Source: Felis catus (Eukaryota). From it: DNA of 64,000 nucleotides. Shown here piece by piece: positions 25,795-39,900 of the stretch. Numbering within the stretch: the stretch's first letter is position 1; the number at the start of each line of letters is the position of its first letter. The translations under genes were made by a program, and so were the position numbers. The notes beneath the pieces are model-generated. The model had not been told where the DNA came from, did no database searches, and saw only the letters and a program-made list of their open reading frames with translations. Location of the stretch: NCBI RefSeq assembly GCF_018350175.1, contig NC_058368.1, positions 78,060,001-78,124,000 on the forward strand, written 5' to 3'.

Positions 25795-25992
25795 TAAATT
25801 TTTTAATGTTTATTTATTTTTGAAAGAGAGAGTACATTGAAGGGGCAGAGAGAGAGAGAGGAAGACAGAGGATCTGAAGAGGGCTGTGAGCTGACAGCAG
25901 AGAGCCCAATGCAGGGCATGAACCCACAAACTGGGAGATCATGACCTGAGCCGAAATTGGATGCTTAACAAACTGAGCTATCCAGGTGCCCC
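25795..25992 (-). mobile_element. Can-SINE
   Basis: Reverse head ...CCAGGTGCCCC and T-rich tail. Confidence 0.9.
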
Positions 25993-26084
25993 ATCACTTA
26001 TCTTTTCTTCTAATACATGCTCCATGAAAGATGCTTATGCCTGTATAATGCAACTGTACCAGAGACAGCTAGCCACACACAGCA

Positions 26085-26235
26085 TCAGTTAAGATTCCTT
26101 CTATAGAAAGTGATGGGGGGGGCGGGGGGGGGAAATCCTAAACAGGTCCAAACAGAGATCATTTTATTGGCTCGGGTAACTGAACGGTCCAAGGGTAAAC
26201 TCCTTTCCAGGCACAGCTGTATTCTTGGGGTGAGC
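26085..26235. mobile_element. MaLR MLT1J/K-like LTR fragment
   Basis: TTTATTGGCTCGGGTAACTGAACGGTCCAAGGG...CAGGCACAGCTG. Confidence 0.5.
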
Positions 26236-27347
26236 ACTGATTTCCCGGCCAATTTTACTGTCCAAATCTGTGCTCTGACTTCTAATTTGTGGGCTCTGCT
26301 CACATGCAGGTGCTTCACTCAATTATTACAATCTCTGAATTTAGAATCTGGCCTATGAATGTGCATTTCTTTACTCACAAGCATCCAGGCTCAGACCTTT
26401 GAGTTACAAGTCTCTAATTTAGTCTGTGCCTCCAGACAATTTGGATCAATGCTGGACCAACGGCTTGGGGTCAGAAGGCACAGATCTTCCTCTGCCCCTG
26501 AGCTACATCCCAGCACCGTCCTGACTATAATGAGCTCCTCCTCTGGCACAAATGGGCAGGGGGTGCTGAGCTTGGACTCTGGGAATCAGGGTTCTCTCAG
26601 GTGCCAGGACACATCTCAAGGTCTCCCCTCCTTGCCAGCGTTTTCTCTAAGTTAGCTTAGGACCGGAGGTTTGGCTTTTCCAACCAGGCAAGATCCCAAC
26701 TATTAGACAGCTAAGGCTTTGCAATCACAGGCTGAAAGCAGAGTTGTCCCTGTGTTCAGACAGACCAGTGTCAACCTGCTGACACTCCTTCCTTCCCGTA
26801 GCCTTTAACATCCTGAATTTTTCCAACTAAGTTTCCAATGCTTGCTCTCCAGGTGCATGCCCTAGGTCTCGATACTTACAAGGTGTGCTTAACTATCTAT
26901 TTTACCTGTTTCATCTGGTTTTTTTCAGGCCCATTCAAATTCTTAGAGTTTCGCCCCCCATTGCGTGTTTTTCCATGGACTAGAATTAGCGACTACAGGT
27001 CATAAACAGAACTGTGATAGATATTAACTTTAGAACAAATAGCACTATATTTGTCACAGTATTACCATTCTACTTCAAATAATACCTTCAGGCTTCATCT
27101 AAATACAAAATCATCTGGCATTATTCATCTCGGATTAATTGAATTCAACACTAGAGGTAGTGTGTGAAGCGGAGTCATTCTTAGCAAATTCATTGTTAGG
27201 GAGAATGTCAACTGATACAACTGTTTTGCAAAGTAATTTAACAGTCGTTAGTAATCTCTAAAGGTCTGTATTTAAAAATCGATTGTTATGTAAAAAACGG
27301 CATGTATGAGATTGCATAAAGTAAGAACGCGAATATACCGATTTTTT

Positions 27348-27722
27348 TGTCAGCTTGGGCTGCCAGAACAAAATGCCATGGACTGGGTGACTTGAAAAAC
27401 AGAAATTTTTTTTCTCATAGTTCTAGAGGCTGGAAAGTCCAAGATCAAGGTGTTGATTTAGTTCTCAGGTGAGGGCTCTCTTCCTGGGTTGCTAACAGTG
27501 GCTTTCTCACTTTCTCACTCTGTCCTCACTGGTGGAGACAGATAGGAAGAAGTCTCTCTACTGTCTCTTGTTAGAAGGGCACTAATCACATCACAAGGAC
27601 CCTACCTTCTGACCTCATTTAATCTTAGTTACTTTCCCAAGGCCCCAACTCCCAATACCATCACATGTGGTGGTTGGGGCTTTAACATACAAATTTGGGG
27701 ATGGAACATTTCAGTGCATAGG
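27348..27722 (-). mobile_element. MLT1A-like MaLR solo LTR
   Basis: GGGCTGCCAGAACAAAATGCCATGGACTGGGTG...TTCTAGAGGCTGGAAAGTCCAAGATCAAGGTG...CCAATACCATCACA. Confidence 0.8.
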
Positions 27723-28916
27723 AACCAGAATATATTTAAGTTTATATAAAATATTTTAAAAGTCCAAAAAAAAAAAAAAAAACAAAGCTTAACAGTGGCT
27801 GTCTCTGAGGGGTGGGTTTGAAAGGCAGAATGGGAACTTCTACTTCGTATCATTTAATGAAAATTAATGGGTAATTAGCCAGCGATGTGATCATTTTGGC
27901 AGCATAATCTTTGAATATCCAAAATATTCTTTCTGAAAAAGAATCAATTAGGACAGTGAAAGGAAAAACGATGACGGTATATTCCACACAGCTAGATGAG
28001 TAAGAATCTCAAAAGACCCCAGGAAACATATGCGTGAGGTCAAACCAGCATAAAGCAGTATCTGGGGGGTGGGAATAAACTAAACAGGACAAGAAACGAA
28101 CTGATCCACAACTTGTAAGTGCTGCAGAAACTACTGTAAGGTCAACCTTTTCTTGCCCCCCAGAGAGGGGGCTGAGCCTGGAGTCTGGAAGGCTGAGAGC
28201 TACAGGAACACCAGGAAGCCCTCCAGGCTTGCCGGCCAGTTGCTGCCGAGCACAAATACCCAGGGGGGCAGGGCTTCGAACAGTGCCACCTGCAGAAAGG
28301 GGCCCAGAGCCTTTGAAATTCCCACAAATGGTTTCCTCCAGAAGACGAGATGGTCACTCGTGCCAAGGGACAACGAGAGAGCCAAAGTCCAAACTGAGCA
28401 GAGAAGGAGGACGAGGGAGAGAAGATGCCGACGGCCCAAAGGGGAGACTCCCAGGAGGAGCGGATCCCAGAAGTCCCGAGAAGCAAGATGAGAGGCAGCT
28501 CCCAGGCAGCAAAGCCCATGAGCTCTGGGGGTGCAGCATGGGGCAGAAGGGGAAAAAAGACCTGGAAAAGACCTCATTTTGAGACACCAAGGAACAGCTA
28601 CCTGAGAGAAGGGAGGCCAGACTGTAAATCTGCAGGAGGACAACAGAGCAGGGAGCCCAGGAGCCAGCCAGGAAATGGGCAAAGCCTCCCTACCCCAGGG
28701 CCGTCCCTTCACCTCCTGCAACAGAGGGATAAAAGAGAATAGATTCTAATCCATGTAAAAGTCACAAGGACAATTACAAGGAGAAAGGTAAAAATAATCC
28801 TATTAACATTTTGACAGATAGTGAAAACACACCAGAAATATGTGGCCACAAAGTGTTGGAACTGTAGCCTAATAATTAATAGTGGTCTAGAAGAATTAAG
28901 AAAGCAAAGCCTTCAG

Positions 28917-29121
28917 GGGTGCCTGGGTAGCTCAGTTGGTTGAGCTTCCGCCTTCCGCTCAGGTCATGATCTCACAAACTGTGAGTTGGAGCCCTACGTC
29001 GGGCTCTGTGCTGACAGCTGGGACCCTGGAGCCTGCTTCCAATTCTGTGTCTCCCTCTCTCTGCCCCTCCCCTGCTCAGGCTCCATCTCTCTCTGTCTTA
29101 GAAATAAATAAACATTAAAAA
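28917..29121 (+). mobile_element. Can-SINE
   Basis: TSD AAGAAAGCAAAGCCTTCAG at 28898 and 29122. Confidence 0.95.
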
Positions 29122-29189
29122 AAGAAAGCAAAGCCTTCAGATAACCAATCAAAAGTGGCAAAGTTCAGAAATGGAGTGGATGGATCAAG

Positions 29190-30000
29190 CCTATATTACC
29201 GAATTATTTTGTAAACAGGTTCTTGAAACATTGGCCCCCTTTTGTTTAGAATTGGTTAGAAATCTTTAATCCGAATATTCAGTGAATAGAGTGCTAAGAA
29301 GCTTCAGTTTTTGAATAACCGGTCAACTTGCAATTACTGAAAACAGACCTGGCCAGCAAGAAGACATTGAAAATTACTCTGACAAAAGGAAGGGAAAAAG
29401 GGAACATATCAACGAGTGAGAGCTCAGATGGCACACAGAATTTAATTCTGAACTTCTGTAAGTGCGATTTGGAATATCTTGGATTGTGAGAAGAATTTTT
29501 GATGAAGTTCCTATTTTAATTGAGTAAATTTATGTTCTGACTGGGACAGAATGAAACAGAGGCAGCCTATGATTTCCAAACATATAAATTTGGTAAAACA
29601 TTCAAAAGGATCCTAAATAAGAATCCACTGATTTATAGTGATTTTTTACATAAAATTTTTTTCAAAGAAAGATGATTATTGCATAGAAACTAAAAAACAG
29701 TACCTGGAAAACATTTTGGTAAAATAATTACACATTTAATGTTTTCTAAAGAGACAAGAAAATTATCCAGTTAACAGAATTTGCTATAATCCTACCAGTC
29801 AATTCAAAACCTAAAAGGAGCATTTTCCCAAAAAACTTGGGTTTACAGAGGAAAGCCAAAGATCTCAACAAACAAAATTATTGACCATACATTAAAGATG
29901 TGAAGATTTCAGTAGATTTTACAATAAATTATACATAACAGTGGGTTGAAAAACAAAAACTTCATTTCTGAAAAAGAACTGTGACAGGCTATTACAAACA
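29190..30000 (+). mobile_element. Degenerate hAT (Tip100/Zaphod-like) transposase fossil
   Basis: AT-rich frameshifted segment. GAAAACATTTTGGTAAAATAATTACACATTT and ATTATCCAGTTAACAGAATTTGCTATAATCCTACCA (IIQLTEFAIILP) resemble the hAT C-terminal dimerisation region. Confidence 0.5.
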
Positions 30001-30116
30001 GATATAGGTAAGAAATGATTTTGCAACTATTACCAAGACTAATTATTCTGTTCTTATTACCTTTTAATGCTGACAATCAAAAAAGATTTTAAAGACTTGC
30101 TTTAATATGTGTAATA

Positions 30117-30446
30117 TTGCTATAGACTGAAAGTTTGTGTCTCCCCCCCAAAAAATTCATATGTTGAAAGCTAATCCCCAAGGTGATGGTATTTGGAAGT
30201 GGGTCCTCTAAAGGTGATTAGATCAGGAGATGCCCAGCTCACAGGAAGAGGGTTAGTGTCCTTCCCAAGAGGCTGGAGAGAGCTCCTGTGCCCTTTCCAA
30301 CAGGAGAGGAACCAGGGAACACAGCCAATCAGGAAGACTCTGAATCTGCTGGCACCCTAGTCCTGGACTTCCCACACTTCAGAACGGACACATGAATTTC
30401 TTCAGTCTAGGGTATTTTGTTATAGCAGCTGGAACAGACTAAGACC
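30117..30446 (+). mobile_element. MLT1A-like MaLR solo LTR
   Basis: TGCTATAGACTGAAAGTTTGTGTC...AAATTCATATGTTGAA...GTATTTTGTTATAGCAGC...AGACTAAGAC. Confidence 0.8.
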
Positions 30447-30849
30447 ATGGATATATTGTATAAATGCTACTTTATTTTTCAGAAATAATTTTATTTTTTA
30501 GGTTCCTTTTTTCATTTTATTTTTTTTTCACCATGATTAAGTATACTCTTTAATCTCCATGTCCTATTGGATCCATCCCCCAAGCCACAGATACTTTTAT
30601 TTTTAAAAATAATTTTGAATAGAACTTTCTATAGGTTCCCCAATATAAAATAGTTGAGTTGCACATAAATATTTCCAAAAATTCACATAATTTTATTTTT
30701 TGTGCCTTCTTTTATTCTCATAGCTGTCTAGTTTGGAAAACAAATTACACAGCCATCTTCATTATTAAGTTGTAATAAGTAATACAGTGTAGTATTGGAT
30801 GACAAATACTCATTCAAACCCAAAGGAAAGAATGGAAGGTACAGAAGCA

Positions 30850-31850
30850 GAAACAGATCCTTCTTAGGTAGAAGCTTCATGTATGAGAGACACTGCCATG
30901 CAAGACAGTGGAAAATGTTTCAATGAACAGTTTCATAACTGAAGTCAATACATGGTTACAGAATAACTGTATTAACATATGGTAAATGCAAAGGCTGACA
31001 TTAACCTTACAAAAACAAAAATCAACTCCAAGTTGATTAAAACCCTCTGTAAAGGGGAAAGTGATAAAACTCAGAACACAGGAAAATACCTTCCGTATTT
31101 AAAGATAGGAAGTAATTGTTTAAGCAAGACATAAGCAACACTACCCATAATTTCTATTATTTAGGCATGAATGAATTAGTATCCTAATACAAAAAAAATT
31201 ACTTAAATCTGTAGAAAGAGAGAAATTGGCAGCACATATATGAGAAAGACATAAAATCCAACACAAATGTGCAAAAGAATAAAGAGGTACTTCAGAAAAA
31301 AAGGACATTCACATGGTTAATAAACATATGTCAAGGTTGCTGAACTTCACTAATCAGAGAACTATCACAGAAAACAATTTGATACCATTATATACAAACA
31401 GATGGACAAAGAATTTTTAAAAATCTGGCAATACTGAGTGGTGAAGATGTAAAGCAAAAGGAATTCTCACACATTTCTGGTAGCAGGTGTACATGGATGC
31501 AAATACTTTAGATCATAGTTTGACCCTATTTCTAAATGTAAAAACATGCATATCCTGTGACCCAGAAATTCAGTTCTAGGTACACGTTCTTGAGAAATGT
31601 GTGTCCTTCATCTAGGCTATATGCGTGTGATCTCCATGTTACTTTTATAGTTTCCTCAGTCTGGAAACAACCCCAAAAATGTCCCATGCACACTAGAGGA
31701 CGAGTAAATAAAGTGTTGTCTGTCCGTAAACTGGAATATGATACATCAATGACAAGGACTAAATCACAAGTGTGCACAGATAAAACCACAGCACCGGCGT
31801 ATGTTGTTCAGCGAGACACACAGGTGATAAAACTAAAAAGAAATATGCCT
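30850..31850 (+). mobile_element. Old L1 (L1M/L1ME) ORF2 3' region
   Basis: ACAAAAATCAACTCCAAG...TAAACATATG...ATCTGGCAATACTGAGTG...CTGGAAACAACCC. Confidence 0.7.
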
Positions 31851-32475
31851 AGGTAAGAGCTATCTCCAGTGGGAAAGGAGAAAGGGGTCATACGCTCCTC
31901 TTTCTGAGTCCTGTATAAACTCCCTCGCATCCACCAGAGGGGAGCCTGGAACCCAGACCTCTCCATCGACAGCACGTCTGATGAAAGGGAGAGACTGTTT
32001 AACAGAAGGGCCTGAACTCCAAAGAGCCAATGAGGTTCAATCTGAGGATTTTTAGAACTCCTGGGAAGAGAGAACAGTCCTCGCACAGGATATGCCAGTG
32101 GCTGGATTGCCATAGCAACTACAGGAGACAAGGACAGTGAAGCAGAGCTAGAAGTAGACAATGTGGGGCCGTGTGTTCAGACCATCATCACAACTTGTGA
32201 ATCTAAACTAGACAAAACCTACATCTACATCAGACTGGTTGCTATCTGGGCCAACAAGCTGACTCTTTGCTTAGGACAATGTGATTTTTCTGTCCCTCGC
32301 AGCTAAGAGACCCGATGTCCCATAAGTTATCAAATTGTGACACCCCACAATTTCATCTTGTGGTGATTACCTCTGACTGCCTCTGACATTTGCATGTGGT
32401 ACACAATTAAACAAAATCCAAATACTCTATACTTGAAATGCAGGAAGCAGAGTGGGTCTTGACCCCCCCCCCTCG

Positions 32476-32709
32476 GAGTTTTTCTTTTTTTCTTTTTAAA
32501 TTTTTAACACCTATATTTTTTTGAGAGACAGAGAGCACGACAGCGAGCATGAGGGAGGGGCAAAGAGAGGGAGACAGGATCTGAAGCGCAGGCTCAGCGC
32601 TATGAACAACAGAACCCAGCTCGGGACTCAAACTCATGAGCCGCAAGATCATGACCTGAGCTAAAATCAAGAGTCCGCTGCTTAACCGACCGAGCCACCC
32701 AGGCGCCCA
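32476..32709 (-). mobile_element. Can-SINE
   Basis: Reverse head ...GAGCCACCCAGGCGCCC. Confidence 0.92.
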
Positions 32710-32869
32710 AAGCCCCAAAGTTTTTCCTTGTGTGTTACCTATCCTTCTGGCACTGGTTTCCACTTACTGTTACCATCCGTGCTAGTCTCAGGGCAGATGA
32801 CCCACCACTGCCATCCCTTACATCCTGAAGCACAATGAACACAGCCCCACATGCTTAGCAGAAGCTTTT

Positions 32870-33250
32870 GACGTCACGGTTAGGTTTAAATCTGTCTTCA
32901 CAGATTACTACGTTTGTGACTTGTTACAGGTTAATTAGCCCAGGTTAACTGAAATGCAACACCCTCATCTGTAAAGGCGGTATGAATGAGAGTATTCGCT
33001 CCCAAAACTGTTGTGAGGGCTAAATAAGACACTTGCGGTGACAAGCTTCCAAGTGCCTATTCTGGGCCAGTCGCTGTGCGCTCAGATGCTGGCTGCATCT
33101 CTACCAGCCTTGAGACCCTGAGCGGTTGCAGTGTCCTCGTATGTAAAACCAGGGCAATAGTGGCAACTCGGTCACACTATTGTCGCAAGGTTTAGGCAAC
33201 AAGAGTGTCTACAACAGTGCTTAGCACTCAGTGACTGTCCAGCAATTATT
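32870..33250 (+). mobile_element. Two MIR fragments
   Basis: CCTCATCTGTAAAGGCGG...GTTGTGAGGGCTAAATAAG and CCTCGTATGTAAAACCAGGGCAATAG. Confidence 0.55.
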
Positions 33251-33329
33251 TACTTTTGTTACCTTGAAAATGCATGGCACACAACAAATGTTAACTACTT
33301 ATATTAAACAACATCACTAATATAAAGAC

Positions 33330-35115
33330 GAAAGATTAGATATTACTACTAATTCTATAATCACTAGAGAATAACACGACACGTTATGAACAATTCTATG
33401 ACAGTAAACCTGACAACTTAGGCAAAATTGGCAAATTTCTTGGAACACAAAACTTAACCCAAACTAACACAATACAGTCTGAATAGCTTCACGTTAAAGA
33501 CATTTAATTCACAATCAGAAAATTTTCCACAAAGAAAATTCTGGCCCCAGATGGTTTCACTGTTGAATTCTACCAAACGCTTAAGAAAAGAATAATACTG
33601 ATATACAAAATATTTTTCAGAGAATACAGAAGGAACCCTGTGCCCTCGTTTTATAAAGCTACCGTAACTGTTACCAAAACCGAACAATGATATTACAAGC
33701 AAAACAAAACAGAACTGCAGACGATGAGCCCTCATGAACATTAACAAACATTAGAAAATCAAATCAAGCAAAAATCCACAGTTCAATCCATGATAACCAT
33801 GTGGTTTTATCCCTGCAATGCAAGGTTCACTTGACAACTGAAAATCAATAAATAATTCAACATATAAACAAAATGAAGGATAAAAATAGAAATGTTACAA
33901 TAAATTCAGAAAAAGCATTTGACAAAATTCAACATCAATTCATGATAAAAAAAATTCTCAGCAAACTAAGAGATAAGGGAACCTCTTCATTCTGAATCAG
34001 GGTATGCATGCGGTGAAAGATATAAAATTCAAGATGTAAGATTCGGACAATAAAATTCAGACAGTAAAATTCAAAAGCTCCAATTACAGTAGCATAAACA
34101 TATAAACTATTCAGGAATAAATTTAATACAAAGCAAGAAACCTTTGTACACTGAAAAAATATTAAACATTGTTGGGAGAGATTAAAGAAGACTGAAATAA
34201 ATGGAGGTATGTACCATGTTTCTGGTATAAAAGACTCAAAATTGTTAAGATGTCAAATGCCTTCAAATGTATCTGTGGATTTGATGCAACCTCAATGAAA
34301 ATTCCTCATAGGCTTTTTTTTTAAGCTTATTTATTTTGAGAGAGAGAGTGTGTGTGTGCCTGCAAGTGGGGGAAGGGCAGAGAGAGAAATAGAGGGAGAG
34401 AGAGAATCTCAAGCAGGCTGTGCTGTCAGCATAGAGCCCAACACAGGGTTCAATCCCACAAAAGGCGAGATTATGACCTGAGCCGAAATCAAGAGTCGGA
34501 TGATTAACCCACTGAATCACCCAGGCACCCCTATGCCACAGGCTTTTAAAAAGATATTTAATTCTAAAACAAAAAATGAAATGGAAAGGATCTAGAATAG
34601 CCAAAACTACATTGTAAATCTGTCTGAGGGATGTATATACCTGATCTTAGACCTTACTATAAATCTATAGTAGTCAAAGAGAGTGTCGTATCAGGAAAAG
34701 GACAGAACAGAGATTTCACAGTGGAAAAGAGACTATTTTCAACAAATGGCACTGAAACAACAGAATGGAGAATGAGTAAATGGGAAAATGCATGAACAAA
34801 TTGTGTCATATTCACACAACAAATGGATTCCTGCCAATAAGATGAAAGTACTGACGTGTGCATCAACATGGATGAATCTGAAAAACCACTGTACCGACCC
34901 ATACGCAAGAGAGTACATACTAAATGATTCCATTTATATGAAATTCAGAAGAAGAATGAAATCAATGAATCTATAGTGCTAGAAATAAGAACAGTGGTTA
35001 TCTATAGAGGGTGAAGTTTCACTAAATGGGAGAAAAATGGGAATTCCTACCAAGCCAGAAATGATTCATATCATGGAGATAGGAAGGTATTATTATATGT
35101 CAAAACTTATCAAAT
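33330..35115 (+). mobile_element. Degenerate L1 ORF2/3' fragments, interrupted by an antisense Can-SINE (~34315-34531)
   Basis: GGCCCCAGATGGTTTCACTGTTGAATTCTACCAAAC, GAAAAAGCATTTGACAAAATTCAACA and TCTAGAATAGCCAAA are classic L1 ORF2 motifs. Confidence 0.88.
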
Positions 35116-36739
35116 TTTCTATTTAAAAAATCCACATGGAAATAGTGAAATGGGAAACATGAAACAAAACTTAAATACTCCAGTAGAGCAGAAGGAAAAT
35201 GAGCCCAAATAACATGACCCGGAAGCTGGGCTTCCTGAGAATAATGTGGTAGATTGGTTTAGAAAAATCCTCTCCTTGGATCTATCCCAAAATATTTTTG
35301 TTTCTAAAAAGGAACATCCAGAGAAGTGAGCTTGATATTTGGTGTCATTTTTCCCATCAGAAAACTGCTCATTCAATTCTGAAACTGAGACACCTAAGCC
35401 ACAATGACAGCTGAGAGGCTAAAAAGTTGATCAGGTCTTTGCACAGGATTGAAAAGATAAAAATTAGACACAATATAGGACAAGGATCGTCATGAGACCC
35501 CCCCCCTAGGGAGATATGGTTTTTGTTTTTTGTTGTTTTTTTTTTTTTTTATTTCTAGGATGAATCCCACTGAAGTCTTTTAGGAGTCAGGCAGTAAATT
35601 CAAATGAGCTCAAGCCTGCCCATTTGTGACCAGCTCCTACATCAGAAAGAAATCCTTGGTCACCAGCCAGAGTCCTGAGCGGGGCGAACAGCAGTGGGTG
35701 TCCACTGGGGCCATGTCACCCCTGTACCAACCCCAGCTTCTGGATCCCAGGATGGTGCTGCAGAGGCCAACATCACTGTTTTTCTGCCTTGCAATGCCGT
35801 CTTCTCGTTTCTCCTGCATTCGCTTCAATCATTGCAAGGGTGTAGAATATTCTTTGGTCTCTCACAGAAGCCTCTTTTGTTTTGTTTTCAATACTTTTTT
35901 TTTTTAAATATATAAAGAGGTTGCTTCCACAGCAGTTTTATCGATAGGGCTGATTTTCTAAACTGCATTATAGCTGAAGTATTTGCTGCAGTTTTTGCTA
36001 CGCGAGAAAATGAACATCAAAATTCTGGGAACTCTCCACATCACTTCATACTAGTTCACATGCTCTGCACATCACTTGAGAAACGGAGGAATTTGAGGGT
36101 ATGCGACCAGATATAATTCTTAATGCCAGGCCCTGCAAACTTTCCATTTATATCTGTCACTTCCTGTATAAGGCCTGTCATTTCTCTAAAATTTTAGTGA
36201 CATATTGTAACGCCAACTCACAACTCTGCATTCCTGTTTCTGGCACCGTGTTTCCTGCAAATGTTTCTAGGTTCTGATAACACCAGGAGTTCAGAACTAT
36301 GCTTGAGAGCCAACCCCTCAGCAGCCAGCCAGCCTTGAGGGTCTCCCGAGTCCTCAGGGAAAAGGGCTTTTGTGACACGATGCGCGTGCAGGGCCCACAA
36401 ACATCCTGCCCGATGGCGAGACAACTCCAATCTCTTGATAAAAGTTTTCATTCTCAAAGCCTGTTTACACTTCAGTTTCCACCTTTTCCTATCACCACGT
36501 GGTTTTTTAGCCTTTCTCTAGTAAACTCACACACAGGGCTCCAGGGCCTGTCTCCTCGCCTGAAACACCAAGTCTTAGAATGTACCATTCATCAAAGTTC
36601 CAGCTAAGACATCAGACTGTTCACAGTGTCCTGACTTGGAGGTGGTGTGTTAAGGATCATCACAGGCCCAGCCTCACGTGTCTCATCTTCTGGTCACCTC
36701 ACACGCAAGTATTTAACAGGTATGGTGAGAGTCCATTTG

Positions 36740-36946
36740 CTTTTGTTTTTGAGAGAGAGAGAGAGAGAACTCATGAGCAGGGCAGAGGGGCAGATGAAGA
36801 GAGACAGACAGAGAGAGAGAATCCTAAGAAGGATCTGAGCTCAGCACAGAGCCTGCTATAGGGCTTGATCCCATGACCCTGGGGTCATGACCTGAGCCAA
36901 GATCAAGAGTCGGATGCTCCACCAACTGGGCCACGCAGGTCCCCCC
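36740..36946 (-). mobile_element. Can-SINE
   Basis: CATGACCTGAGCCAAGATCAAGAGTCGGATGC. Confidence 0.85.
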
Positions 36947-39900
36947 AATTTAATTCTAAGGGACGGTTTAATCTAACACATATTTGCTATTTCATCTTAG
37001 CACAAAAACCCTACGTGAAAAGGTATGTCACTGAAGACTCCTAGATACTTCAAGAATGGAAAACTTTAGCTCTGAGCACCTCTTCCATAGCTTTGAAAAT
37101 ATAAGTTGTCTCTAGGATTTCTCTGAAAACCTTCATCTTTTCCATTGAATTCTGGTAAGAAACTGTTTTCCTGCTCTGCTTCCCTATGTCCATGCCTTGG
37201 CTGCATTTCTGTTCGGCCTATCCAGGTCCCAATCAACATGGCCTTTCCACAACCATACTCTGGATATTGTACATTTCTGAATGAGTAAAAGTTTACAGGG
37301 AGGGTTCTATGAAGCAGTGGACAGCCCCCACCATCTCCCTGGCTCTTTCCTTCCGCTGTGTCTCCATACTGAAATCTTCCACCTACCCTCTGTTCTAGGT
37401 TAAAAACCCTGAGCAGTGAGTGTGTCTCTTTCAGGTGCCTGCCCCACCTTGTTGGTGATCCTTCTAGCTGTCTTTGAAGAAAATGCTATTCACAGATACT
37501 TACTAAGCACGAAATATGCAAGTCTGGCTTGGTGGGCACTATGAAGCATTCCCTTAGGAATTTTGAGTCTAGTTAGGAACATGCTCAATTCTTAACCTTT
37601 CCCCAGTGTCCCCAGCCCAGTGCTTATGTTATTGGCTATGCTGGTGACTGTCTTAGATGCTCTAATTATTTCAATGGTACCTTCTCCAGTATCCCAGATG
37701 CCTAAATTCCTCCTAGCCAGCCCTGTCCATGAGCTCAGAATACAGTGACCAACTGGAGACCTCACACTACTTTATCAGCAGCAATTCATTTGTTCTTTGG
37801 TGTTTGTAGTTCACAAGGAAGAAGCAGAATTGTGGTGGCTTGTTCTACTGCAGATTCATGCTTCTGAAATTTAAGTTTGCCTTTCTACCATTTTGTAATC
37901 CTTTCATTCATCCTGATTCACTTCCAACTCTCAAAGCAGTTGTTCTGTATTGTAATTTTTCTAATTAATCTCTTATTCTTCCAACTCCAAATTTTAGCAG
38001 AGGGACCACACTTGATACAGAACCGCAAAATAAGCAGTAATAGTCCCAGCCACAAGACTACTCTCCCTTCTTGAATTTTCACTGCTCTCATACCATCTTC
38101 GAATATCACCCTCTCCTGCCAGAGTGCTCTTAACAGGGAGTACAAATGGTCTCCCCCAAGCACTGTGGATGGTTGTGTAAACTTAAAGAACCTTTCCAGA
38201 GACCAGCTTATCAATACATATCAAAATGTAAAATGAGCACATGTGATTCAAAAATGGTCTTTTCCACGGACCTGTCTGAAAAAAAATATTGCTACAAAAC
38301 AAAAATGTTATGTTCAAGGATGTCCGTTAGAATTTTTAACATAACAGCAAACATTAAAGGGGTGGGGAAGCATGATCTAATAAGCCGTATAAAAAAAGGC
38401 TGGCCAAATAAATTATGATTTGTACATACGTAGCAGAATCAATTTTTCAGAAAAAAGAATCAATCTGGATCAATTTACTGATGTGATTTCAAGTGTTACA
38501 GTTTTTGTGATCCTATGTAATAGACTTTTTCATATTTTGGATAAGCAGTATCTGGTCTCTTTCCTGTTAACGTCTTCACTACTTTTGGGAAATAATGGCT
38601 GCCTCCATCTACAGACAGAGACGTGATCCTCATCTTCACGATGGTATAATCAAGAGGCACACATGAGGCAGTCTTAGCCAGTTGACTGGCATCTCACGAG
38701 ATTTTGGAATTTAAGCTAATAACAATGGATGGCCGGTGAGCACATTCATTACGGTTTAATGCAGAACATGACACGGTCCTGCACTTACCCATAGTTACTG
38801 CTGCCTGACGTTCACAGGACCTCGTTTCCCATGCCTGGATATCTAGTTCCCATTAAACGCATGTTTTTAAGTAAATACAAAGGAGACAATGAAATGTACA
38901 TATTCAATTGAAAGACAAACAATCCATCTGTTTTACTTCTGTCCATTTATTTCCTGAAAACTTTTTCTTGATGAGTCTAGTTAAATGTATGCTTCCTAAC
39001 TCATTTGTTTGTTACAACTGGGATCTGTCATCTGTCACACCCCATTACATTTCGCTCTATAAAATAGTAGTTTCCACACATTTTTTTCCTGCTGTAGGCA
39101 TAAACGAAGATATTCCCATGTGTGACACGCGTCCGTGATACATCCAGATTTTCTATATCCAACCTTGCTAATTTTGTTGGAAAAAAAAAAAATCAATCTA
39201 CTTTTTTTTTTTTTTTTGCTACAAATCGTGAAGGAACAGCAGTATTCACCCAAAGTAACTGACTACATATTTCAATTATTTTTGGTATGCACATATTTCT
39301 GCATCTTGCGTAAACTGCTTCTATCTCTCCAATTCGAAAAGGCAATTCTGGAATGCAAGTTAGTGAGCCCTATTATTTGAGGAAAAACTTACATCTGTTT
39401 TATTGTGTCTATATTTATTGAAAAGCAAGTAATTCACAGTATTCAGTAGTGAATTTCTTATCACCTTGTTGATTTTATCTTCCCTCTCCCTCTTAATATT
39501 ATCTTTTGTGTTCATTCTCATAATGAGTGGTTCTCCACTCATTAACTAAGGACCCAGGTACGGCAGGACAGGAAAGTGGGATTAGCCTTTAGGGTGAAAG
39601 TATTCAGTGACATACGTGGACCAATGAATAAGAAACATAAGAAACATATTCTACCCAATCTCCACACTCTCCCTGGCCCCAGTTATTTGCAATGTGTGTA
39701 ACTGTATGGCTGTGTCCCAATATGAAAGGTGTAAATTTTAACGGTAGTCTGTTTTAACAAAACAGAAGCTTTGAATGAAATATTAAGTTGAATAATGGGA
39801 AAAAATTATGTCTTTTGCACACCTGGAATTGTATGCTGAGATTTGCATCTTCTCCACACATTCAATAACCCATCAAGACACGGGTGTATCCCGACTCTGC

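Noticed and set aside
28142..28742. Cluster of 100-170 aa ORFs
   Set aside because: The purine-rich segment resembles a decayed L1 5' region, with no coherent protein.
31931..31945. CTCF-like motif CCACCAGAGGGGAGC
   Set aside because: It mismatches at a key core C, and a single imperfect motif is not supportable without ChIP data.
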